Origin: Podarcis melisellensis | Lineage: Eukaryota | Length of the DNA stretch: 64,000 nt | Strand: one strand, 5' to 3' | Assembly (NCBI GenBank): GCA_964234715.1 | Contig: OZ174275.1 | The notes under the pieces: generated by a model | Database searches by the model: none | What the model was told of the DNA's origin: nothing | Seen by the model: the letters and a program-made list of their open reading frames with translations, nothing else | Shown: piece by piece, positions 50,829-64,000 of the stretch | Position numbering within the stretch: position 1 is the first letter of the stretch | How the letters are laid out: the number at the start of each line of letters is the position of its first letter | Program-made: the position numbers and the translations under genes

Positions 50829-53812
50829 GAAGACAGATATTAAAGTCCCCAAGCCTGTTGGAGGAAAGGCACTGACTGATTAAAGAGTCATTCATCAGCA
50901 AAGCCAAGGCTCATAAAAAAAACCATAAAGCAACTGGAGATTTAAACTACAAAGTGGAAGCTTCTAATTAAAGTCACATGGGATCTTTGCATAATAGGAC
51001 TTACTTCTGAGTAAATATCTTAGATATTTGGGATGTCATCATAGGGATGGGCATTGCAATTAATATAGTTAGTACCAGGTATAATTACCACTTTAATTCT
51101 GTTTCCAGCTAATTTCAGAAAGGCAGTACTTCAGCACCTTTAAATAAAACTAATATGGATGTAACCAAACATACAAATAAACCCCAATCACATTTAGTCA
51201 TCAGAATATCATCCTTTTCTTGCCATTTTGCTGTACTATAAATACTCAGTTCTTCTTCACTGTATGGACCACACCACACCATTGGTAAAGCTGTTGCACT
51301 TTTCCCCATTGCACCTTCCCATAGCCCTTACGGCTTGGCTCCAAGGATAACTTTGTCAAAGGTGGACTGTCCTTAATACCAAAGGGGATGTGTGACGTAT
51401 GACATTAAGGACTTATTTCAAGACTTTTAGAATACTGTATAACATCCTAGAAAGGAAAATTATTAGCTAAAAGGACGTAACATTGAAATCAAGCTAACAA
51501 CAGGGCCTTTCATTCTCAAAAGTCATCTGTGCCACACAAACACTTCCCATCAGATGTTGTGATGGGGGTAATTCAGCACTGCAGGCTTGTTAGTAATTAT
51601 TTCTCAGCGAGAATAATCAAAGGTGTTACCCCAATAAAAACAAGACAACTGCTGAGGCTCTTAATGAGAAACAAAAAAGTTTAGGAAACACTGACCTAAT
51701 TGGAATAGAATGCATAAAGCTCAAACTGGTTCCTGCCAACTCTGCAGTTCGCCAACACACTATGCAAACCAAGAGTTCAGGCAGAAGCCTATTCACACAA
51801 TCAGCATGCTGCAGTTAACTGTACGATGTTAAAAATGGAAGTGAATTCTGACAATAATTGCCAGTAGTTCAGTGGAGTTCAATTGTAAACAACACCATAT
51901 TAGCTGTCAGGTGGAAATTCTGCACATGACATTCCCAGGTGTGTAACCACAGATCTAGGGTAATGGATTTATTTAAAGGTGCGGGTTAGGATGATCATGT
52001 GGCTGAACTGATAAAGAGTGTGAAAACATTTTGTATGAATCACCTCTCTGAAACCAACCCCAAAGTGACACAGATATTTTGCATTCAGTCTCTTTGCACA
52101 ACATTCCGCAGAAGAGGAATCCTTCCCCCACTCCATCAGAAACTTCAAAACTGGGTGTGGGGGCGGTATATAGGGAAAGAAAAGAGATGGCATAAGTAGC
52201 ACAATGTTTTGTGGCAGTCAGCCAATGGAAGAGAAATAAACTGTAATAAAATTAGAAGCATAGCATAAACACCCATTGCTTCTTTGAAATTCATTCCAAG
52301 ACAAAGATGTTAACTTTGGCAATGCTTGGATAGCCATGCCATGCCAACAGAGATATCAAGATTGAGGCTGAACATAGTGGAATTGGTCCAGAGAGGGACT
52401 GAAGACAGCTGACGAAGAGGTGTGTGCTGGAGGAGAGAGGAAGGGAAAAAACAGTGGAGAGCAATGGAGGGGAGGAGAACAGCGGGAGGGGGTCAGAAGC
52501 AAAGAGGTATCAGGGAGACAGAAAGAGAAGTGCAAAAAAGAGTGGAGTGCTGAAACAGGCAGAGGAAAAAGACGTTTATATACATGTATATCTCAACATG
52601 AATGCCTGAGAACATTGCTTCCTTTCACCAGGTGTTATAATTTTGTTTACAATACTATTTAAAAATAGCCCCTGATGCCGCCCAAGAGCTTTGGTCTCCT
52701 GCTTTTGGAGAAACCTCCCTGAGAATTTGTGCCCCCCTCCCCACATTCCTTCTTTCTTACTCCCTTCTTAGACATGCTTTTATTGCTTAGATTTAATACA
52801 AATCTAGCCCGACAGCCCCCACAAGAATGAACCTGCCACCTTCCGAAACGGGGGGCAAGTCCTGTGGCTGCCACCCATCCACCCAAGACCCACAAGAAGT
52901 CTGCAGTGGCCCAGGTCATACCAGTTTTGCTTTTGTGCCCTTTTAAGGGAATAAAAAGTCAGGAAAAGCAGCAGGGCAAGGCACAAGGCTCCTTTCCCAC
53001 CATACAAAGACTGGAGGCAAAGCTCTTTCCTGGACCGGGAGCTCTCTGCACAAACAAAGCTTTCGCATGAGCTTCTTCTCAAACCTGACAGCTGGACGGA
53101 GCAGTCCAAAGGACGTTTCTCTCTCCAAGTCTAATTCCAGTAGTAGGATAAAAAAATCCTGGGATGAAAGAAGATGTTACATTCACACACTCAACTCTGT
53201 AGCCCTCCAGGGCTCAGAGTTCAAGGTGGGTAAGAATAGGTAGGAAGGGGAGAGAACAAGATGGCTTTATCCTGACTTGTCGAGACTCATTGTAGCATAC
53301 CAGACAACCAGAAAGGAATCGCCCAAAGATACACCAGACTCTCAGAGCAGCACAGGAAAGTCACTTCAAGTCTTCAGCTGGCAGAATTTTGCAGGAAGCC
53401 CAAAGAGAGGCAGGTTGTACTTTTCCACCAGGATGTGACCATTGCCCATATCTTGAGCGAGGGTCAAAAGGACTAGTATTTCAAAGATTTGATGCAAGGA
53501 AATGATCCATCATGAGAATATTTTTTCCTACGGTGCTTACAAGTTACCCATAGTGCATTACAGCTATATGGGCTAGGGTCAAGCATGGCTCCACATAGAA
53601 AAAAAACAGCAAGCCTTCTGATGAGTTGCTATCATGTGTTCTTTACAAGGGATCACCAAGGTCCCATCAACCTGCCTCAGAGATAGTGGCTCCTCCTGAG
53701 CCTAGTGCATGCCCAGCTCCTAATACCCTGTCAAGCAGTAGAGCCAAAAGCCTACCAACATCCATCAGATTTTTATTTTTACAGCAGCAGCCATATTAAT
53801 TGTTGTAGCCTT

Positions 53813-55881
<2,069 letters not shown>

Positions 55882-55900
<19 letters not shown>

Positions 55901-56006
55901 TATTAGGGGGAGCAGGCTTTATGTTAGTGCGGGGAGCAGAGTTATCTGCGATGCAATTGGTATTTTTATTATCGGCTGCAGCTGCGCCCCCCTGGCTACG
56001 CCCATG
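55882..56006. mobile_element. 125-bp MITE (hAT-like)
   Basis: Perfect 14-bp TIR CATGGGCGTAGCCA; TSD GGACGAGG / TGACGAGG (7/8). Confidence 0.85.
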
Positions 56007-56394
56007 TGACGAGGGGCTGCAAAAGGGCGGGAGTGGGAAGCAGCAGCAGCAACCACCACCACAGTGAGGACGACGATCGATTTCCCCTCAGCACCCAAAG
56101 TCCACACTGCAAAGCGAAAAGGCTTCCCAGTAATCTTGCTGCCACAGATTCCCTAGAGAGAAGGCACACACGAGTGTTACTACTGCAGGGTAGCATCTGC
56201 TGATTGGAAACTAACAGCACCCAGTCACATGGGAGCAAGCCCCATTGTGTCCACTAAGGCTTACTTTTGAGTAAGCAGACTTATCAGACTTACTCTTTTT
56301 CAAAGAGCTTGATCCTTGTAGCAACTGAAAGATTGCTCTCCACATTTTACAGCTGAGAAACTGAAGGCCCATTGTCACAGCTGCTTGCTGGATG

Positions 56395-56549
56395 CAGTGG
56401 CGTAGTGTAGGGGGGGCCCGGCCGCACCGGGCGCAACATCTGGGGGGGTGCGCTCGCACTCGCAGCTCTCTGCCCCTACCTGGCTCATGGGTTAGGGGGC
56501 GCAAATTACTTGCCTTGCCCGGGTGCTGACAACCCACGCTACGCCACTG
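56395..56549. mobile_element. 155-bp CpG-rich MITE (hAT-like)
   Basis: TIR CAGTGGCGTAG / CTACGCCACTG; perfect 8-bp TSD GCTGGATG. Confidence 0.9.
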
Positions 56550-57793
56550 GCTGGATGGTATCCACGGCCTGCAGTGATTTGCAGCTGTGGTGCCATGTGC
56601 TGAATTTGTGGTGCAAAAGCCACAAGAGTAGATGCAGAACTCCACATGAGCTGGTTTTTAAGGCACTGCTGGCAAAAGTAGCTTTTTGCGTACTTCAACA
56701 ATCTATAAAAAGCGAATCCACACAGACTTCTTGTGCGCATTTGGCACTGATTGTCATATTACGTCAGTTCGTCGCATCTGCTGCTGGAAGTCAGTGCAAC
56801 AAATACATTATCAGGTTAGGAGGCAAACCATTAAAAGGTACAACAGCTGTATGAAGACTCTGGCCTCTGGTTATATAAAATCAATGTTTAGTATAGAAAA
56901 CACTAGATTTCATTCAGTTAACACAGAGAAGTAAGTCTGTGAACCAAGAGCTAAACATTTACATTCAGGCAGCCGAAGACTGGCTAAGTTAGGGGAACTT
57001 GCTTTAGGAATCTTGGTGACTTCAAATTTCTAAACTGCCACATAGAACTGATTATGTGTGAAAATAATCCCTATGCATAGACTGTTCAAAATAATAATAA
57101 AGATTTGCTCCCTTACATGCCACTGGTTTCTAATCTGATGCATAGACTAGCAAAGCACCCAAAATCTACACCCTAAATCAGCCTTCTGCCCTTGAAGTAA
57201 ACTAAGATACAGAATGACTCATATCAAAGAGGATGTTTAAACATGAGTTATAGGAGTAAATAAGTGACCATAGCCACATTGTGTAGAAAAGAATTCCTGC
57301 ACCTGCCTAAAATGCATAAATTACAAATCCCATCCATAAAATTGAGGCTAGCATTTATGATAAATGCACATTCAGAGGATGAGAAAAATAAGGCTCTTTC
57401 AGATCCTGGTCTAGCTCCCATAAAAATGAGCAGTTGTTTTTCCATTAACTTTATTTGCAGGCACATCAGAACCTCAGAGTTCTATACACAGAGTTTGCTT
57501 AGCACACAGTCAGATCAGTACTTCCTTATTCCCCATGAACTATATTAATGTATCCCCTTTGGTAGGCTTGTTATTTCAGTACCAACTCCCCCTCAGTCAT
57601 ATATCTATATATCTCCATCGTCATGAGTGACACTTGCTCTGAATTATTCTCACTCCAGATGGTTGTAAAGGTGATGGGGATTCTTTTTCCAGAGCTATAT
57701 GCAGACTTCTCTGCCTTCTGCAGACATAGTTACCAGCTGATGTTGCAAATCTGATCCATATATTCATACCCATTTTAAACTTCCCTCTAGAGT

Positions 57794-57970
57794 CCATGGC
57801 TAAGTGGTAGAGCATCTCTTTTGCATGGCAAGGATCCCAGGTTAAATTGCCAGCATCTCCAGATGAGGCTGGGAGATACTTCTACCTGCAACTGTGGAGA
57901 GCTGCCACCAGTCCGTGTAGACACTATTGAGCTAGATGGACCAAGTGTAAGGCAGCTTCTATATTTCCTA
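57794..57970 (+). mobile_element. tRNA-derived SINE (second family)
   Basis: A-box TGGCTAAGTGG followed by tagagca; B-box-like ggttaaattgcc; tail gagctagatggacc...taaggcagcttc. A more decayed relative lies near 44440-44600. Confidence 0.7.
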
Positions 57971-60428
57971 TGTATAGCTAACCATGAAGTAGTAGCCCAT
58001 TTTTTAGGAAATTGTCATCCAGTACACCACATACAGTGGAATGGGGAACCCTTTAGGCCCAGTGTGTCCAGATCTGTATCTCTGCCCCTCCCCCTTGCGT
58101 GTGCGCGCACACACACAGCAGCTGCAGCAGCATATGTTATATAGGCTTCTACAAATGTGGAAGACACTCCTCCCCACCCACCCACAAGTGTGTAGAACAA
58201 AACACAATTTGGGACAAGAACCCCCTACTCAAAGTTGAAGACAAGAAACAGCATGGGCTGCCTATCTTCAGAAAATGCAACTAATCCATCTGGGGAAATA
58301 TAAACACAGATATTCAGTGGGAGGGAGAGAGCAGAGAGGGAGGCTCAGGCAGCACATTAGATATGTAAGAGAACAGCCTAGAAGAGAGTGCAGTTCTGTA
58401 GGGTGTACGCAATGATGAAGATGTCAGGGTTATGAAAGAGGGAGGAGATGATCCTCGTGTACAGGACTCTTCTAGTCATGTGCTGGCTGACAAGTGAGAG
58501 GATGACGTTGAAAGCAAAACAAAACCCAAGCCCAGAAATGATCAAATAGCAGAAGGAAATGGTTTTTAAAGGCGAGCTTCTAATGGCGTTAGCCCCACAT
58601 AGCTTCACTAGGCAAGGAAAGAGGTGGCATCAGATAACAATCTAAAAATTTCAAAGAAGTTAAACTATGGATGGCTGGGAGAAAGTTTTGGAGCAAAAAG
58701 TTAAAAGTAAGGAAACATTTTATTGGCACTCAGAGGCATCAGGCTAATGAAAACCTTTGCTTGCAATATTACAGTCACACCATGAGGCCACAGAGAGAAC
58801 CCGATAGTACCCTTAATGAACTAAGGATTTAAATTAAATTGCTTTTTTACTGCTTTCTTTTCCCATCCCAAAAGCTGTCCTAAAAGCTATAATCATGCTA
58901 GCTGTTTAACTCTATATACACACATGCAAAAACCAGCCATTATTCCTTTTGCCCCATTTTGGAATCATCTTGGCTTGCATTAAACTCTTTCATTATCAAG
59001 CAACAAATGCATTCCATGCACCAACTAAGTTCAAGGAGAGTTCTACCTAGGTCCTAGGACAACAACATGCTGAGGTGTGTATGTGGCAGAACCATCTCAG
59101 TTTCCTCCTAGTTTGAAGAAGAGATCAGACATGCTGTCACATTCCAAGGCACAATGAGAAACTGATCTGATGCCAGATATCATTACGCTGAGCTTAAAGC
59201 TGCAACGTGTGTGGTACATTTGAGAGAAGTATTTCTTTTCAGTGTTGGAGCAGCCTGTGCCACCAGCTCATGAAACATTGACTAGGAGTGAAAACTCATC
59301 CACAGAGAGAAATGTGAGAAATGGAAAAAGGAAAGCAGTACACTGTGACTCCTATTAATACTGGGCAGAAAACTGAGCACCAGAGCAGAAATGGTGTGCA
59401 TTGCACCTGAAGGAAAAGAGAAATCAAGGTGTCAGTTCCATGCTGAAAAGGGGAAGGGAGACTGCGTTCATGTAACAGTGAGGGGGGGGAGGGTACAGAG
59501 TGTGTGTGTTGTCTTTACTATTCCTGGCCACAGGAGAAATATGCTTTTCATATGGGTCACACAATTAAAGGATACAGGGAATTCCAGCTCTGCATGCACC
59601 TCCCACTACTTCACACCATACAATGCTCCCCAACTGTGTGAATGTTTATTGCACAATGCATGAAAGAAGCTGTACCCTACTAGCTATGTAGGTGGGTGAA
59701 TTTGTGTTTCACAGTACAAGGACATATGGGAACCCATACTATATGGTGTTATATCACACCCTGCAGGGGACAAAAGATCCTACTGTTTCAGTGTTCTGTG
59801 TGTGTGTTTCTAACTCTATACCACAATCAGAAAGATAAAATATATTTGCTGCCACAAGGCAAATGTTAACTAGCATACTGAGAACAACATGCTAGTGGTA
59901 CTGGTATGGGGACATTGTACCAGATACAGCATGAAATGAGTCTGATTGCAGCCTCAGCAGAGTGACACACAACCTTTATTATACTACAGTTGTTGGGAAC
60001 TGAAGAAATCCAGTGTACACATAGCAGGGTTGTTGGAAGAGTGCAACAGAAAGATGTCCTAGATGTATATGAAGGAGGTATTTGTGCTTTTGCAACACAA
60101 GACATTGTGTTTCAAGGTCACAGCATTCACCCACCCATTGTATTAGTGGAACATTTATACCATATACTAATCCTAGGAAAGACAAGTGTTGAGAAGTTTA
60201 GAAGTTGAAGAATAAATGTAGTTCCTGGTTCAGAGCATGCATCTGAACATCTGCATGCACCTGCACATGAGGCCTCACTGTGATCATTCCACCCCAACCC
60301 TTCTGTTTCTTCAATCTTCACCAGACTCTTCATGAAAGTCATGTCCATCTCTGCTTCCAGGGGTCTTTCTATATCCATTTAGATGCTGTGCCAGTTCCAT
60401 TAAACATACCAGCAATATATTGTTTGAA

Positions 60429-60434
60429 TTTATT
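60429..60434 (-). terminator. Candidate polyadenylation signal for SAXO4
   Basis: AATAAA on the minus strand about 135 nt after a strong acceptor at 60567. Confidence 0.4.
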
Positions 60435-61382
60435 TAAAACTATACAACCTTTAACAGTAAAATATGAATGATGTGACAGTGCTATCACTGTTGCTCCTTT
60501 CTTAGCATGCGGGATATTGTTCTGAGGCCCAAAGATGTCAGTGTGGGGTCCAGTTTGGAACAGAGGCTGTAAAGAGGCAGAAAGACTAAAATCAATCACT
60601 AACCTTAGTCTAAGCTTTAATGTTAGACTAACGTGTGTGTGTGTAAACGGCATAGAGGTTTTAGATACAATCAAGCAATATACCAGTTTTGTTGAATAAA
60701 TAGCCTTAACAGGAGGGAAGGTTAATGTTGAAAGGCAGAGAGAATGGAAGTGAAAAATGTCTGCATTTGTCTTCCCCAGCAAAAATAACCCATGGCAAAT
60801 TTCCAGGACATTTCTGTGTATGGAAAAGTGCAGTTGGTTCTATGAAATTTTACTTTTCAGAGGAGAAAAAAAGCGCTGGAGTTGTCTGTATGTATTCCTG
60901 GAATTCATCCATAAAACCGTAGGTGTTTCCAGTCTGTCACTATTTTCAGGTGGGATCCAATCATATACCAGAAAATTCAGATTGCATGCATATAGTTGAT
61001 TGGGAGGTCTTGCACAAGAAACCTGCTTCCCCAAAAGATCAGACATTTTACAATAAGAAAAGTGATGAGGGAAAATGTTCTGGAAACTGGGATAACAGTT
61101 GCTTGGATGCAATGTCATCTAACCTCTCCATGAACACCAGAGTGAAAGCTCATTAAATAACTAATGTTTACTAATCTCCCTGCAAACAAATCAGAATGAG
61201 TGCCCAATAAAAAGGCCGTCTAGTTTGATTAAACCTGAGAAGCTCTAGACTCCAGTTTCCAAACAGTGGCCAAATTAAAACAGCATAACACACAATATTG
61301 CTCTTTTGACTCTGCAGGTACCTCTCAGGTGCTTGATACTGCCAGCCTACTGTCCAATGATGCAATGGGTTATGTCACTTAC

Positions 61383-61470
61383 TTAGTTGGGCACAGTCGT
61401 CTGGTGGAGAGCAGCAAAGCGGCGGTCATGGGGAGAATCACGATAGAATGGATCAACTGTTGTAATTGTC
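61383..61470 (-). CDS. SAXO4: SAXO4/PPP1R32 last coding exon: TITTVDPFYRDSPHDRRFAALHQTTVPN*
   Basis: tcctcctacatttcag acceptor; DPFY motif as in recalled human C-terminus; TAA at 61385-61383. Confidence 0.88.
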
Positions 61471-61591
61471 CTGAAATGTAGGAGGAGAAAGAATTACAAA
61501 AGAAAGGTCAGTTGGGGAAAACGGGATTGAAAGAGGAATCATACAGTAAAGGAAGGTCAGAGAAGAAGAGCTACAACAAATCCAAGATTAC

Positions 61592-61756
61592 CTGCCAACA
61601 TGAGGATGGATTGTCCTCAAGGTCTCTGTGGCATTTGGGTCAGTGCCTAAGTCAGTGGCATGGTTGTTAGTAGCAAAACCACCAGGCTGCTGTGGCTGGA
61701 TCCCTCCTCGTGTCCAGCCTTCCCTATCCACTCCCTTTGGAATGTTTTCATAAAAC
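61592..61756 (-). CDS. SAXO4: SAXO4/PPP1R32 coding exon: FYENIPKGVDREGWTRGGIQPQQPGGFATNN...ETLRTIHPHVG(R)
   Basis: ctctcaatcag acceptor and GTAATC donor; 165 nt; ENIPKG.D.EGWTRGGIQPQ.PGG is a strong match to recalled human protein. Confidence 0.92.
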
Positions 61757-62025
61757 CTGATTGAGAGAAAGGATGAATTATTCCACGTGTAGTCGAACTC
61801 ACCTGCTGCCTCCGTTCTCCCTCAAACAAAATCAGGTGTGTATATATATCCTGCAAACAATGCACTTCTACAAGTATCTGTTTCAGTACACGCCATCCAC
61901 ACAAACAGGCCCAACAGCGGCACAAACCTTTGCTGTTCCAGTACTCCCACAATGCACTCTCTAAAGCCACTGCATGAAAAATACCTGAAGGATAAAGGAC
62001 CTGCAAGGCTTTTATGCAGATAGGA

Positions 62026-62354
62026 CAGGGGTCAGCAAACTTACCGTGCCTTGGGCCAGTGTCTCCAGCGCTGATCTCGCGGTAAGCGGGGGAGCGCGTG
62101 CACACATGCTATTTCCAGCGCACTTCCAGGTTGGAGGAGCACCGGAAATAGCTTGTGTGCATGGGCCTCCTCCAACCTGGATGTGCTCTGGAAATAACGC
62201 GGATGCGCACAAGTTATTTCTGGTGCTCCAACCCGGAAGTGGGCAGCCACGCGGCACAGCACCGGTAAGAGTGGGCAGCAGGGGTCACCGCAGGCCAGAT
62301 AAACGAGTCCCTCAGGCCTTATCCGGCCCGTGGGCCTTAGTTTGGGGACCCCTG
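62026..62354. mobile_element. hAT MITE in a SAXO4 intron
   Basis: Perfect 8-bp TSD AGATAGGA; TIRs CAGGGGTCAGCAAACT / AGTTTGGGGACCCCTG; internal inverted repeats. Confidence 0.9.
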
Positions 62355-62441
62355 AGATAGGAAAATGGTACCTTAACAGCAAGACATAGTCTGGGAATGT
62401 TACTTCTCCCAACACAGGTGGCCAACCAGTGTCAAACTTAC

Positions 62442-62536
62442 TTGGAGTTATAGCTAGTCAGGAATCTGTTGGGCAGATCTGGATCATGTGCAGGTGTCAC
62501 ATATTTAAGGTTATTGAGGCTGAATCCTGATGGTTC
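62442..62536 (-). CDS. SAXO4: SAXO4/PPP1R32 coding exon: EPSGFSLNNLKYVTPAHDPDLPNRFLTSYNS(K)
   Basis: ctctatgcag acceptor and GTAAGT donor; 95 nt, phase 0 to 2; matches recalled EPTGFSLNN...RYLTTYN. Confidence 0.9.
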
Positions 62537-62646
62537 CTGCATAGAGAGGTCCATGAAAAGAGTAAGGGTCTAGTACCATAGGAGCAGAGCAAAGTGCCCA
62601 ACAGATTATGAAGATGTAAGGCCTTAAGACTGTAGTTCAGGCATAC

Positions 62647-62763
62647 CTTGTGACCCACTTGTTCCCGACCTAGAAGATTGTTCTGTGTCTGAGGTTGATG
62701 CTGAAGCCCTTGGAACTGAGAGTGGCTCAGGGGACCTGGTGCCTCTACATCTGGTGGAACCGT
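62647..62763 (-). CDS. SAXO4: SAXO4/PPP1R32 coding exon: TVPPDVEAPGPLSHSQFQGLQHQPQTQNNLLGREQVGHK
   Basis: ctccacag acceptor and GTATGC donor; 117 nt; SH.QFQ and LLGRE.VG.K motifs as in recalled human protein. Confidence 0.88.
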
Positions 62764-63388
62764 CTGTGGAGATTGAAGGTCATGAGTGAAGGAGCCATTG
62801 TGGGCAGTGGAGGCTGGTCCATTAAGGCCCCACCAACCTTGCCTGCCTCCTCACAGGTCCATGGGGAGGCAATGACTGTCAGCTTCTTCCTCCTTTGTCT
62901 CAGCTTGCCTGTCATTGGCTCTTGACTACCGCCTACTGTTGGCCTCCTGGCCTTCCTCCCCACCAATCCCAACATGCCCCAGCCACCACAGGTTGTAGGA
63001 GTTACTGAAGAAAGGGAGGCAGCAAGGAAGACTGGGATCAAAATGAGGAAGGTTCTGTGAGTAAGATAGCCCACGGATGGTAGAAAGAGGAACAAGCAGA
63101 GACTCAGGAGAGGCTTCTGTTTGCAGACTCTGGCAGTGGAAGACAAATCCCAGAGAAAGCAAGAAAAGGGACTAAAGAACAAAGGCAGGTAGAAAAATAG
63201 GTCACGGCAGGCAAAGATACATGAAAATGTAGATAAAAGGAAATGAGAGGTGCTGGCAGGGAAAGAGTGGCAGAGACTTCTAGAGAGAGCAGTGAAGGGA
63301 GATTGTGTAAGTAGGGAAAGCAGTTGGCAGAGGGAATGTATTAAAGGAAGCAGGACAGGTATTCTGGTGATAAGGGAGTGTCACTTAC

Positions 63389-63469
63389 TGGGGTACGGCC
63401 AAGATTCTGCCGACTGAATCCAGATCCCCTCTCAGAACCCTTTGACAGGACTGGTAGGAACTCATCACC
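63389..63469 (-). CDS. SAXO4: SAXO4/PPP1R32 coding exon: GDEFLPVLSKGSERGSGFSRQNLGRTP
   Basis: cccgacag acceptor and GTAAGT donor; 81 nt; matches recalled human GDEFLPVLARGS. Confidence 0.9.
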
Positions 63470-63637
63470 CTGTCGGGAGGGGGACATATTAACGGTGAGT
63501 ACATCACATGCAAACAGCCAACAAAAGGAAATACAGGAAGGGGGAAATGGCACTTTTGCCTGCTGGCAAAGCACATCCCTTCAACTGTTTTTACAGGTCT
63601 CCACTAGTAACAACCCTATTACAAATGGTCTCCTTAC

Positions 63638-63697
63638 ATGTGGAAAGGAAGATGGCAGATAATCTGTCTTGGTAATGCTGACTCCTGGAGCGCTGCT
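63638..63697 (-). CDS. SAXO4: SAXO4/PPP1R32 coding exon: SSAPGVSITKTDYLPSSFPH
   Basis: Minus-strand ctttgcag acceptor and GTAAGG donor; 60 nt; resembles recalled human PGQSVTKSDFLP. Confidence 0.85.
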
Positions 63698-64000
63698 CTG
63701 CAAAGCAGAAGACAAGTACTGAGACTCAGAGAGAGGAAAGTAGACAAGAGGAAGCACGGGTTCCATTACAGCTTCTACTTGGGAGCAGGCAAGCCTGTCT
63801 TAGGAGCAACTAGTTCAGCCTTCCAAGATACTGTGCTGGTTAGGACTGGCAGGAGTTTTTATCCAAAGCACCTGGAAGGCACCAGGTTCGGAAGGGTGGT
63901 ATTTTGTCCTTAATTGCATGGAATCATATTCCTGCTATAGTGAAACTGCAAGGACCTATGGGCTGCACTTGAACATTCGTGGCTAAATGTACAGAGAAAC

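Noticed and set aside
57794-57870. tRNA-like A/B boxes
   Set aside because: No complete cloverleaf; continues into a SINE body, so not a tRNA gene.

Overview
Eukaryotic (vertebrate) genomic DNA. The repeat landscape (hAT and Tc1/mariner MITEs, L2/CR1/L1 fragments, tRNA-derived SINEs, a Penelope remnant, a Ty1/copia remnant) points to a squamate, probably a lacertid-type lizard (inference). Three genes are recognisable by translation and GT-AG exon structure: (1) the last five coding exons of synaptotagmin-7 (SYT7, + strand, C2A and C2B domains, 13731-30032); (2) the single-exon CDS of LRRC10B (- strand, 53813-54694) under a CpG island; (3) the last six coding exons of SAXO4/PPP1R32 (- strand, 61383-63697). 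The order and orientation match my recollection of human 11q12. Most short ORFs in the supplied track are noise. I see no wholly new multi-gene system. The best leads are: a uORF whose stop overlaps the first of two alternative LRRC10B start codons, only one of which gives an N-myristoylation-type N-terminus; a TSD-flanked Penelope inverted repeat carrying two differently broken minimal hammerhead ribozymes inside a SYT7 intron; a splice donor directly after the SAXO4 stop codon; a wide-spacer REST/RE1 site downstream of the SYT7 stop; and a Ty1/copia pol remnant. Gene identities rest on recalled protein sequences; no database search was run.
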